From positions 22,320,001 to 22,384,000 of the forward strand of contig JBHGNT010000004.1 in the NCBI GenBank assembly GCA_043228905.1: 64,000 nt of DNA, written 5' to 3'. Under the pieces are notes generated by a model. It worked only from the letters and a program-made list of their open reading frames with translations, was not told where the DNA came from and searched no databases. How positions within the stretch are numbered: position 1 is the first letter of the stretch; every line of letters begins with the position of its first letter. This document shows positions 41,482 through 52,815 of the stretch, one piece after another. The translations under genes were made by a program, and so were the position numbers. Source of the DNA: Azolla caroliniana (taxonomy: Eukaryota; Plantae; Polypodiophyta).

Positions 41482-42609
41482 TTCTTTAAGTATCTAAATA
41501 TATATACCAAAAAAGACCAATTTTACAATTATACCTCACGCCTTCTGTGTTCTGATCTGGTCTGTTCTTGTAGTGGTCATCACAAGCGTGATGAGGAGAT
41601 TACAGTACTTGACATATATACAACTGAGAGTTCCCAGTCATGCTAATCATTCGGGTCACAATTTCCTACATTCCAATGCAAATTCGATGGCAGCCCATGA
41701 CTTGAGCACATACAATCAACATGTTCTGTAATTGTCCTGCTACTTAAGTGGAACCAAATTATGGGCAATCTCTGTCATGTTTCGCCCCAAGTGATAGGGA
41801 GATTCTTCTCACCATATGTACACAACCTCGAGTTCTTTGTTAACCCAACCATTCGAGTCACAATTCCCTACTTTGAATGGAAAATGGATGGCAATCCATG
41901 ACTCGAGCACATACTATCAATATGTTTTACAACTTCATGCCATTTAAGTGGAACCAAATGGTGGCAATCACTATCAATTTCTTTATAATGGAGTTGTCCA
42001 TGAGCAAGAGGAAGGTGTGTGTTTCTGGCTTTTGTTGTATGTGATGTCTTCCACTCCATTGTCTCAAATCCACTTTGTGTAACCTTTATTCTAGTTTGAT
42101 ATCGAGAATATTGATTGATAGTATTTATGGAATATTGATAACATGAAATCCACATTATGCTGTGTGAGTTTACATTGGCAATATCATCATGCTTGATTGA
42201 TAGTATTTATGGAATATTGATAACATGAAATCCAAATTATGTTGTGAGTTTACATTGGCAATATCATCATGCGCATATGTGTGACTCTAACCATATTGAA
42301 TGATGTACTACTCCTTTGATTAGAGTAGCAAAAAAATTAATGGCTTGCTCACTTAGTGGAAGACTATGGTTTTTAGAATATGTAATCTAATATCATAGGA
42401 CTATTCTATATTACTCTACATTCTAGAATGACCTAGAATATTCTAGAGTGTTCTATATTACTTATAAATAGGGATCTATCAATCATCCCAAAACTAAATT
42501 GGTTCAACGCTATTATATAGCACTTTGTTGCCTACTCTTTATAATCTGTTTTACACTGCAATATAATATTTCCCTTTCGATTCTCTCTCTCTCTCTCTCT
42601 CTCAACACA

Positions 42610-43361
42610 ACCAAGTCGCCTTCTAGTTAGCGCTTCCCCCAACATTCAAGATTCACAATGTTTTACACGTTTTCCTGGACCTCGAACTCTACCATCCTTC
42701 TCGAATTCCGGGATGACAACCTCCTTCCTCTCCGATTGTGGAATCATCGACAGGGGAGGAGTACGAGGTTACCTAAATTCTCGACTCTCGCTTGCGTCGT
42801 GGACAATTTCAATATTTGGTCTTATGGAAAGGTTACCCCATTTCGGACACCACATGGGAACCAGTTACACATTTACAAAATGCTCTAGGCATCATTCGGT
42901 CTTTTCATCAACGGTACCTATAGAAGCTGACCGCGCGGGTCTTGGGAGGTGGCCTTAAAGGAAGGATAATGTCGTAGACATATATATGAAGTGAACTAGA
43001 TGTCATGCCACGATGGAAGGTAGGGGTTGGACCCATGACCTTCGAGGTCTCCATTGGGCAACCCTACCAATTAGGCGACGTCCATCTATGCATCCTTATA
43101 TAAAATCCAACTTGATGTATTCTAGATTGAACATTAGAAGTTTCCTAGCTTGCATGCATCCTCATCCATTCTCTATTCCTAGATTGCATGCATACCTCTA
43201 CCTTCTTGTATTTAAATACTCAAGTACACCTTGATTCTAATCAAGGTGAACAACACCAGTTACAGAAACATAAGTTGAGTTCTTGTTCTTTTCACTTGTC
43301 TATTCTCCCTCGTAGTACTTAGTCTGGTCTTGGATCTGCTCTATTCTACTCGTCCGTGACA
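42610..43361 (+). mobile_element. 3' end of a Ty3/gypsy chromovirus: integrase tail/chromodomain, PPT and 3' LTR (42970-43361)
   Basis: [35 protein letters not shown] chromodomain, purine tract AAAGGAAGGATAA, then TGTCG...GTGACA. Confidence 0.8.
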
Positions 43362-45744
43362 GTCGAACACTCGCTTGTCAAGTGTTCGTTTGTTGAATGC
43401 TCATTTGTGACAGTTACCGCTTTGAAAAGTTTGGCATCAAACTTAAGATTTTGTGTCAATCGCCAAATTGGATGTGTCAATTATCTTGAATAACGTTCAA
43501 CGCTAATGAAACTAGTTTTACTTTAATTTGAAAGTAACTAATTCTTGCCAAACGATCAGTAAAAATTGGATGTTTAGTGTGCTAATGTTCAGATGATTAA
43601 GGAAAATTAGATAATAAAAAATTAGATAACAAAATATTAAGTGAACAAAAATTTAATCTATGTAAAACAAAAAGTATGTTTCACTTTCTTAATCTCTTCC
43701 TCACTAATTGGCTTACCTTGTAAGCTTACGTAGAGCTTGTCGATAGCTTCACGCATTGATCTTATCCCCAATAGCGACACCAAATAGAGGTGTCGTACAG
43801 ACGCACTTCAATAGATCAATGGAGTTTTGCTTCCTGTCAACATCGTTGGGCTAGGATTCAAACTGGTGTATGCCCTTATGGTGGCAAACCTGGCAGAGGT
43901 AATTGTGGAGTACCTCTGAGCTACTAGCTTACTTAACATTATGTGATTAATATTAATATCTCTCTTACTCTCTCGTATGCTTACACAAAGAAGTGAAAAT
44001 GAATATAATATCTTATTATCACCAATCTTAGTACAAAGAGGTTGAGCACCATCAAGAGAGAGAGATTGGAGCTTGGTTTACTAATCACTATCATTAATCT
44101 CTCTTAGCTCTTAATTACAATTATGGAAATAGAAAATGAGGCTTTAAGCATTAATCACTAGGAGAAACTCTCAAGATTGAAGAAGAAGCATAAAAGACAC
44201 TACAAAGTGATTTTTAAAGCTTTTACAATATACGTGTGGCCATTTCACACTAGGCTACCCATTCGCTTCCATTCCCTCTTGCTTGGATTATTCTATTCCC
44301 CTTTTTGTAAGCTAGTTGCTTGGCGTTCCTTGTTGGTGCGCATATCTTCACAACATGTGTGCCACATGCTATAGATCTACTTAACATTATGGTATAAGAC
44401 ATGTGATCATTTGTTTAGTGAGGGAGAGAAGACTTAGTTTAGTCGAATCTTCGAAGTAAGTGACACCACATAAAATATGAGATGGATAGGATTCACATGT
44501 TCCTTTAAAGAAAGAAGTCATGAAACTAAGAATTTTGCAACAGAGTTTTAGACGATGTATCTACCCTCATGTATGAAAACATTGAAATGTTTATCAATTA
44601 TGCCACATTATTTAATGAAGAAAATAGATTTAACAACAAATATGCACGTTTTCTTTGATTTAAATTGAAAACTATGCACGTTTTCTACCTCATTATTAAG
44701 TTACTTTTTGAGTTTATAAAGTCTTTGGCAAATATCATGAACAAAAAAGGAAGTTATGACAAAACTTTTAGCTCATGTCAACAAATGGTGACTTTTCAAC
44801 TACAATAAAGATTGAACGACGATTTTTGGAAGCATTCAATATCTTTCTTTTCCTGGCTCCACATCCATTTTCACGAAATGTTCTTCTGCACAATATTGTT
44901 GTGTTGCCAACCACAATATATCTTGATTTAACAATGTTAAATTTCCCTTCTTCTTTGTAGAACACAACCTTGTCACAACGACCATGAATTAAATGCCATT
45001 GTTTTACTCTATATATTCATTCAAAATAGAGCCTTTCATTCATCTTGTTTATCTAGTTTTTGTCGATTCCTTGATATGTAGTGATCATTTTTTTCATTGT
45101 TATAACTTTCATGTCAACTAGATTTAGACAAGTTTTTGTTTTCTTAGACATGTTATTTTTACCCTCCATCCACATATGCATCGCAATGCAAAGTTCCATG
45201 TCTCATATAAGGAAGTATAGATATGCTTCTAGCTCCGTTGCGAATCAAGTCGTTTTACCCCCCCACCTCCAATTGAACTTGTTGATGTCCTAGAACTCAA
45301 GTTGAAGTTTTGATTGCTTTGGATTCCAAGGTTGTGAATAACAATCTATATGTATTATAGGTGCCTCGTGCATTGGTTATTCTATACCCCCAATGGTCGA
45401 ATGTAGACCTAATAAGTTCAAGTTCCAATTTACGCATTACATACAACTCATAAATACTCGTCCTCAAAGGAGGGGTAATGAAAAAAAGAGGGGTTTGTGA
45501 GTTTACCTAAATCGGGGGTGTGGACAATCTATCTTATCTTCTTGGCAAAAGCGATCATGAGTAACATGTATGTTGGAGAAGCTATCTATCTATGGGTTAG
45601 ATTGATTTAGGACCACATGCTATGTTTTGTGAAGTATAATTTTTGATGATGATGTGTAAAATGCATGCTGCTCATGGATTTAGTGCGGAAGGAGACACCA
45701 AATTAATGTGGCACAATACATTATTTCAACTGCATTTGCGAAAG

Positions 45745-45958
45745 GTTCAATCATTTGAGTATGGTAAACACCCTCAAAGAATGATAAATACCATACTTTT
45801 GGATTAACTATTTATTATGAGGTAAATAAACCTAAAAGAAGGAAAAAAACAAAAAAGGGGGAAAAAAAACACAAGAATGTTTGAATAACATTCGCATTCG
45901 TTTCCCAACGTAGGAAAACTAATGTTATGCTAGGCGAACACGAATTTTATGTACTATG
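45745..45958. mobile_element. Partial copy of the CATAG-ended MITE family
   Basis: Near-identical to 41300-41481 with an extra internal segment. Ends TTTTATGTACTATG. Left terminus missing. Confidence 0.7.
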
Positions 45959-46452
45959 GAACTTAAGCCGGCCATCATGGAGGAGGTAAGGTGTGCGTTC
46001 TGGACGGAAGGGAATGAAAGAAAAGGTTGTGTGGTAGGGGCCGAGAATTTGGTGACGTATGAATTCTATGTTATTAAGGCAACTCAACAGTCTATTCACG
46101 TGACTTAATTGATGATGGCGGCACGTCCATCTTACTTAATCTGAATGAGATCTTATGAGTCATATTCTTGTGCCATTGTATTCTTCTTGTGGGAAATGAA
46201 ATTAGACGCGTGTGTTCTTGTACCTCTAGTGTACTCATGTCTTTTTATCCTTCACACCTCTCTCTCTCTCTTTTGTCAACTTACTTATTTTGTCAGCATT
46301 TAAGATGTTGTCTAGTTACTTATTTTGTCAGCTACTGTGCTCTCCCCTCAATGCGCACTATAAAAGCACCCCCTTTCCTTCACACCTCAAGCATTAGTAT
46401 TACATTGTGTGTGTGTGTGTGTGTGAGTGTGTGAGTGTGTGAGGGAAATATA

Positions 46453-48129
46453 ATGGAGACATTATTATTATTATTGGCGTACATTTGCATAGCTTCTTTA
46501 GTAGTAGGGCTTGAATGGAGGAGGAGGAGGAGATACGGAGGTAGTAGTAGTAGTAGGCTTGTTCCCCCAGGGCCCTTTGCATTCCCTGTTCTTGGCAACA
46601 TTCCACACCTCATGATGGCGGGCGCGACTCGGCATCGATACCTCGCGGCCCTCGCCACGAAATATGGTCCCATCTTCCTCCTTCGACTCGCATCCAGGCC
46701 CTTGATCGTGGTGTCGAGCCCATCCCTGGCTCGTGCGCTCCTCCACACGCATGACAAGACGTTCGCGAGCCGCCCGCCCTCCCCCCAGGCCAGGCTCCTC
46801 CTCGGCCGCGAGTTCGGCGAGAAGCTGGTTACTTTCCTCCCTTATAGCAACGAATGGAGAGCGGCACGGAAGGCCTACATCGACCACATCTTTGCCCCAC
46901 ACCATATCGAAGAGTTCCATTCGGGCATCGTCTCCCATGAGATCCGTCGCCTCATTCAGACTCACCTTATCCCTGCTAGCAATGCTGGCCATGCCATTAA
47001 TCTCACTGCTTGCATTGGGAACCTCATGGTGGACATCATGTGGCGTATCATCGGCCGTCAAAGGTCTGAATGTTCCACCAAGTCCACAGTTATATGCAAA
47101 CAACGCATTGAGGAACTTGCGGATTTACTTGCTGCTCCCCTTATCGGCGAATTCCTACCCTCGCTAGGCTTTCTCGACTACAATGCAAAGGCTTCGATGA
47201 AGAAGTTGTATTCGTGGTTCGACGATTTCACGGAACAGATCATCGCTGAGCGGGAGGAGAAGGGTGTGATAAGCAGTCAGGAGTTGGTTAAAGACATCCT
47301 AGATGCCTTCCTGTTGCCGGAGAACAAATTTAGCAGAGGGTTAGTGAAGGCTCGCATAATGGTGAGTCAATCAGCTCTCACCAAGAGGGCGGACGGACCT
47401 ACCTTTATATATTTACATATTTAGGCTACATATATATATATATATATATATATAACAAACTTAGCACACACTTTTAAAATGTTGGTTTTGCATTTGCAGG
47501 AGTTGTTGGGGGCCGGGGTTGAGACAACGAGCACAACCATAGATTGGGCGATGGGCGAACTGTTGTCAAATCCAAGTGTCATGGGAAAGCTTCGAGATGA
47601 GCTCAATACTGTGGTTGGACGAGAACGAGATGTAGTAGAGGTCTCAGACATCCCACACCTGCCATACCTGAGAGCTGTCGTCAAGGAAACATTCCGGATG
47701 CACCCCCCTGCACCATTATTGCTCCCACACATGTCCCTTGATGCCTGTGAAGATGTGGGAGGCTATAGGATCCCCAAAGGAACCACAGTCCTCGTAAATT
47801 TATGGGCCATCGGACACGACCCCGACATATGGAAGGATGATCCCGACATGTTTCTGCCCGACCGCTTCATGTCTGATGGTTGTAACTCCTCTATTGATGT
47901 CAAAGGCAAACATTTTGAGGTCCTTCCATTCGGCTCGGGGAGAAGGATTTGCCCTGGTATGAACCTCGCCTTGCCTACCGTGGAGATTACACTCGCGAAC
48001 CTAGTTCATGCCTTCGACGATTGGAAGTTCGTGCTCCCTCCTGGCCACCATTCCTTGGACATGTCTGACAAATGTGGACTTACTTGCCGTCGTGTCCATC
48101 CTCTCATTGTTGTACCTACAAAAATTTAG
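46453..48129 (+). CDS. Cytochrome P450, CYP71 clan (A-type), ~512 aa
   Basis: Exons 46453-47361 and 47500-48129 with a single phase-0 intron in the I-helix. TM anchor plus PPGP hinge, WRAARK, ELLGAGVETT, KETFR, PDRF and heme motif PFGSGRRICPG. Confidence 0.92.
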
Positions 48130-48225
48130 TTCAGGCTCTTTGACACATTGCATTCACGTCGTGTCCATCCTCTCATTGTTGTACCTACAAAAATTTAGTT
48201 CAGGCTCCTTGACACATTGCATTCA
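48088..48225. repeat. 69-bp tandem duplication spanning the P450 stop codon
   Basis: CGTCGTGTCCATCC...CATTGCATTCA at 48088 and 48157, one mismatch. Confidence 0.95.
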
Positions 48226-48819
48226 CTACACGCATCGATTCCGAACTAGGGCAATTGTTTAGGCAGACTTGTCTTGCCAGGTGTGATACCTTTGGTAAAA
48301 CATAGCAATTGCCTAGGGTTTATTATGACATATACATATATTGTAATTATAAGCTTTGTATTATAATTGTCTTGTACGATTAGTCAAGTCAAGAGATAGC
48401 CATATGTAATTTTATGGCCACAAACACCCAACAAAATAATTTCCTCCACCAAATCCTTGTGTGAGCATCTCTCATAATATTTATGTATATAATTCTATGT
48501 AACAATTTAGAGCTCAATGTTACCATAACTTACACCGCACTAATATTTAGTTGTATATTTTTTAAATATGCCTTTACTTGTCAACCAATCCTTTCTTCAA
48601 TTTTTGTACAATAATAATATGTACATAACTTTCAAACGTTAAATCGTGAATCAATCGATATTGTTTCTAACATACCTAAGAATTGTTTTTAATTGTTGAT
48701 GCGCGAGAAATGTGAAAAGCATGATAGTTGAAGCAACACAAGAACAATAGTGAGCGAGGAAGGCACGAAGAGCAATGGAGAGTGAAGAGGGTGAGAAGAG
48801 TGAAGGGAACCCTAACTAA

Positions 48820-50505
48820 TCCATATCCAATACGGTCCTTTTCGATGACTTGCGCGATGGTGTCGGCGTTGAAGTCGGTCATTTGCAACCGCTCCTCCTC
48901 TGGTGGTGGTCACGTCACGTCAGATGTTTTTGAAGGTTCCGAATTCGGGATGACGAATCGGGGCACCATTTCATATTGCTCTTGATATGCTGTCTAGAAT
49001 TGCTGCATCCAACACTCTTTGTGCAACTCGCGGGTGTAATAACTTGACAAATTTCTCGCTTAATTTACTCAAAGGAAGCAAACACCCCTTGATCATCCTG
49101 GGAATACCAGTTCGCGGCCTGGCCCTGCCACGACAACCCGAATTCAGCAATGTTTGATGCATTTGCGTTCGAATCCTTTTCTTGCACCGCTAATGTGTGC
49201 AAGGTTGGAGGAATGAATCTAACAAACCACAATTAAATTAACTAACTGGATCAGCTATGATTAATTCAGCTATATGTAATAATGGATTCGGGGTACAGCC
49301 GATTGGGCTAACACACAGACAATATCTGAATCAACAAATACTTAGCACAAGGATGAATAACTGAATCACAAAACCAATACAGATATAAGAATAAACCAAA
49401 TGGCATTGTATACAAAAAGATCTCTATATTAAAGTCGTATATTACAGCTGCCCTATAGTACAATGTTCATGCCCCTTTTATAGGTAAGCATGCACGGTTA
49501 CAATGCCAGATCGGATCGAGACATCCTTCCGAATCCATCCCTACAATCATTCATCGTAGCTATTCGTATCTTAATTCAATTACATCATTTCATATCTATT
49601 AATATTCCAGCTCCTAATAATCATTGACTTCACACTATTTGCCGATTGTTACGATTCTGACTTTTATACTTTAGCTGGGCTTTACCCTCTTTCCGTTGTC
49701 AGCCGTTTCGGCTACCCCTTGTCATCTTACTTTTGCTGAGGGTGGCATTCTTGATTAAGTGCTATATTGTTCTTATACGATTCAGTTGTAGCTTATTAGA
49801 CCATACATTGTTTAGACGATTCGGGCATAGCCGATTCGACCATTGACTAGTTATTTGTTTTCAGCATATTTCCATTCTTCGGACCCAATCTTTGTTGAAG
49901 GGTAATCTATGATAGGATATCCGACCCGTGATTTAGGAATTAAAACACTTAGTGGAAATAGATACTGAGGGTGGTTCATTCTTGTTGAGTGACAAGCTCA
50001 ACATGTAGTCAGATCGGCTAGAAGCCACAAGGCTGAATCGGCTACTAGGATCGGCTAAGAGTCGAAGAAGGGCCATAGGGCTGGATCGGTTGGAGAAGCC
50101 GTTAGGACACAATGTTTTGGGATTTGAGCCTACCGGAATACTATATGTCAAACTTGTCAAGATACACCAACCATGGACTACGACGGAGCACATATGACAA
50201 GGATACGACCGATAAGGCTACAAATGTGGAACCGGAATTGACAAGGCTAGGAATTGTAGAAGTTGTGAGTAATGAGACTATGAACTTAGGGAGCTAGGAT
50301 TAACTTGAGAGCATGAAGAAAAATATGAAGATCAAGGAGACAATACGGCATGAAAACGAGGAAACTAGATTAATATGTCAGTCATTGGCATTGAATCCCT
50401 TGACAGGGATCACAAAGATTACAAGTATTTATATTGTGAGTTGAGGTACATGCATTAGAATATTTTGAAGAATATTATGGAACCTTTTAGAACCTTTTGG
50501 AACCT
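48820..50505. mobile_element. Unresolved LTR-retrotransposon remnants (LTR-like and 5' internal pieces)
   Basis: LTR-like composition and GAACCTTTT reiterations near 50480. No clean boundaries or TSD found. Confidence 0.35.
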
Positions 50506-50509
50506 TTAA

Positions 50510-50996
50510 GCCTTGCCTACTATGGAGATTACACCCGCAAACCTAGTTCATGCCTTCGACGATTAGAAGGTCGTGCTCCCTCTTGGCTAGCATTCCTTGG
50601 ACAAATGTGGTTGTCGTCATGTCTATCCTCTCATTGTTGTACCTACAAAAATATAGTTCAGGCTCCTTGACACATTGCATTCACTACACGCATCAATTCC
50701 AAACTAGGGCAATTGTTTAGGGAGACTTCTCTAGTACCTTTGGTAACATAGCAATTACCTATGGTTTATGTGTATATGTAATTATAGGCTTTGTATTATT
50801 GTCTTGTACGATTAGTCAAGAGATAGCCATATTTAATTTAATGGCCACAAATACCCAACAAAATAATTTCCTCCACCAAATCCTTGTGTGAGTATCTCTC
50901 ATAATATTTATATAATTCTATACAATTTAGAGTTCAATGTTATCAACTTACTCCAGTGACACTAATAATTAATTTAATTGTATATTTTTTAAATAT
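50510..50996 (+). pseudogene. Truncated duplicate of the P450 3' end and 3' UTR
   Basis: Aligns to 47968-48569 with TGG>TAG stop, small deletions and no 69-bp duplication. Confidence 0.9.
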
Positions 50997-51122
50997 CTCT
51001 TTCGGCCAGGGGTGTTTTGTAAGGTTTTCTACTTTGGCTGAGGTGTTTTTAACGAGATCTCTTCTTCCCGTTCGTCCAGAGTGTCATTCATGGGATGACA
51101 AGTTGATCGAGCATTGCCTTTG

Positions 51123-52815
51123 TCTGTTGTTTGCCAATTGAGGAAGTCCCTCTACAGACTGAAGCAAGCCACGCGTGCCTAGAACACGAAGATCACGCAG
51201 CTACTACATCGGATGGGGTTTGCCGCGTCGAAGTCGGACTCTTCACTCTTCATCTGGCAGGGTTTGAATCTGCCGATGAGCATTTTGCTCTATGTGGATG
51301 ATCTTGTCATTGTCGGCGCCGACCTGGAAGAAATCGACCGTATCAAGTCCGAACTCACGACATCGTTCAAAATGAAGGATCTTGATGACCTTCATTACTT
51401 CCTCGGGATCGAAGTGATCCGCACCTTGAAAGACATAATGATAAGTCAACTTCACGACGTGTTGAGTATGCTCTTCAAGTTCGGATGACGGAGTTCAAAT
51501 CCGTCTCTACTCCTCTGGGAAGGAATATGAAGCTTCATCTCGACTCCGGAACAGTATGCGACCTGAAGAGGTTCCGAAAAATATCGGAAGCCTCATATAT
51601 CGGACCATCACCCGGTCGGACCTCAGCTATCCGATCGGACTGATTAGTCAATTCATAGCGCATCCGACTATGTAGCACCTTCAGTGCGCGCACCACATAC
51701 TAAGGTTTGTTAATGGCACTAAGGACATGGGATTGTTGTATCAGACCGTTATAGTTGGACAACTTGTTGACTATATGGATGTTGATTGGCCCGGAAATGC
51801 TGGCGACCGCAAGTTTACATCCGGGTACGCGTTTTTCCTAAGAAGTGTCGTGGTTGCCTGGAGCAACAAGAAACAACCGATAATTGCACTCTCGAGCATT
51901 GAGGCCGAGTACCGAGAAGCGGCTAATGTTATGTGCAAAGCCATATGGCTCAAGAGGCTACTAAAGGATCTACAAATGGAGGTGCCTGATCCGACGACGA
52001 TCTACTGCGACAACCGCAGCAACATCCAATTAGCAAAGAACCCCATCTTCCACGCCCGTACCAAACATATTGAGGTGCATTACCATTTTTTCCGCGAGCA
52101 TATCCTCTCCAATGAAGTCGAACTGGCATATCTTCCAACGGATCGGCAAGCAACCGATATCTTCACCAAACCCTTAGGTCTTGACAAGTTGCGGTAATTT
52201 TCGGGCATGCTTGGTGTGCAACACCTTGACTTGCCGAACTTGAGGGGGAGGAATGAAAGGAATCAAACAGGGAGGGATGGTCAAAGGGAACTCCGAAATC
52301 GAGCCGAGAAAGAAAATGTCCGGGAAGCCGATTTCGATTTCGGCCAGATTGAAGAAGTCGAAACGTTCGGCTCGGCTGAGGAAGCCGAGGACAGATGAAC
52401 ATGTGCAGATAGAACGGACAAGTAGAGACTTGTTAGACTCAAGGAGAGTGATCACAAGGGAAAGCTAGAGCCAGAGCAAACCGAAAAAAGGGGAGGCAAT
52501 GCCAAGAAGACCAAGACACGGACGTGGTTCGATGTCGTGAAGGGTCTGAAGATCGAGGACAGGGACAGTCAATGTGAATCGGAAGCACTTGATTCAATCG
52601 AAATGTTTGGTTCGATGGAGCCGAATTGATTGGCCAAGTCAAGAGGGCAACGGAAGTGACACCGACACAAAGGAGTCGGTGAGTCGAGAAGCGCGACAGC
52701 GAGGAAGCAGACAAACCGACCGAGAAGCTCATGGTGCGTGAGCAAGGTGGGAGAACGCCAAGAAGAGCCGGAGGAGAGGACCGGCAGATACAGACACAAC
52801 AATCTGATCTCAAGT
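51123..52815 (+). mobile_element. Decayed Ty1/copia element: RT, RNase H, PPT and interrupted 3' LTR (from 52254)
   Basis: [80 protein letters not shown] precedes TG at 52254. Confidence 0.9.

Noticed and set aside
43717-43889. Orphan minus-strand exon with good CAG/GTAAG splice sites
   Set aside because: All three frames contain stops and no homology was recognised.
49165-49195. tRNA-like PBS (GTTCGAATCC...GCACCGCTA) next to a putative LTR
   Set aside because: The spacing to CCA does not fit a tRNA 3' end, and the LTR boundaries could not be fixed.
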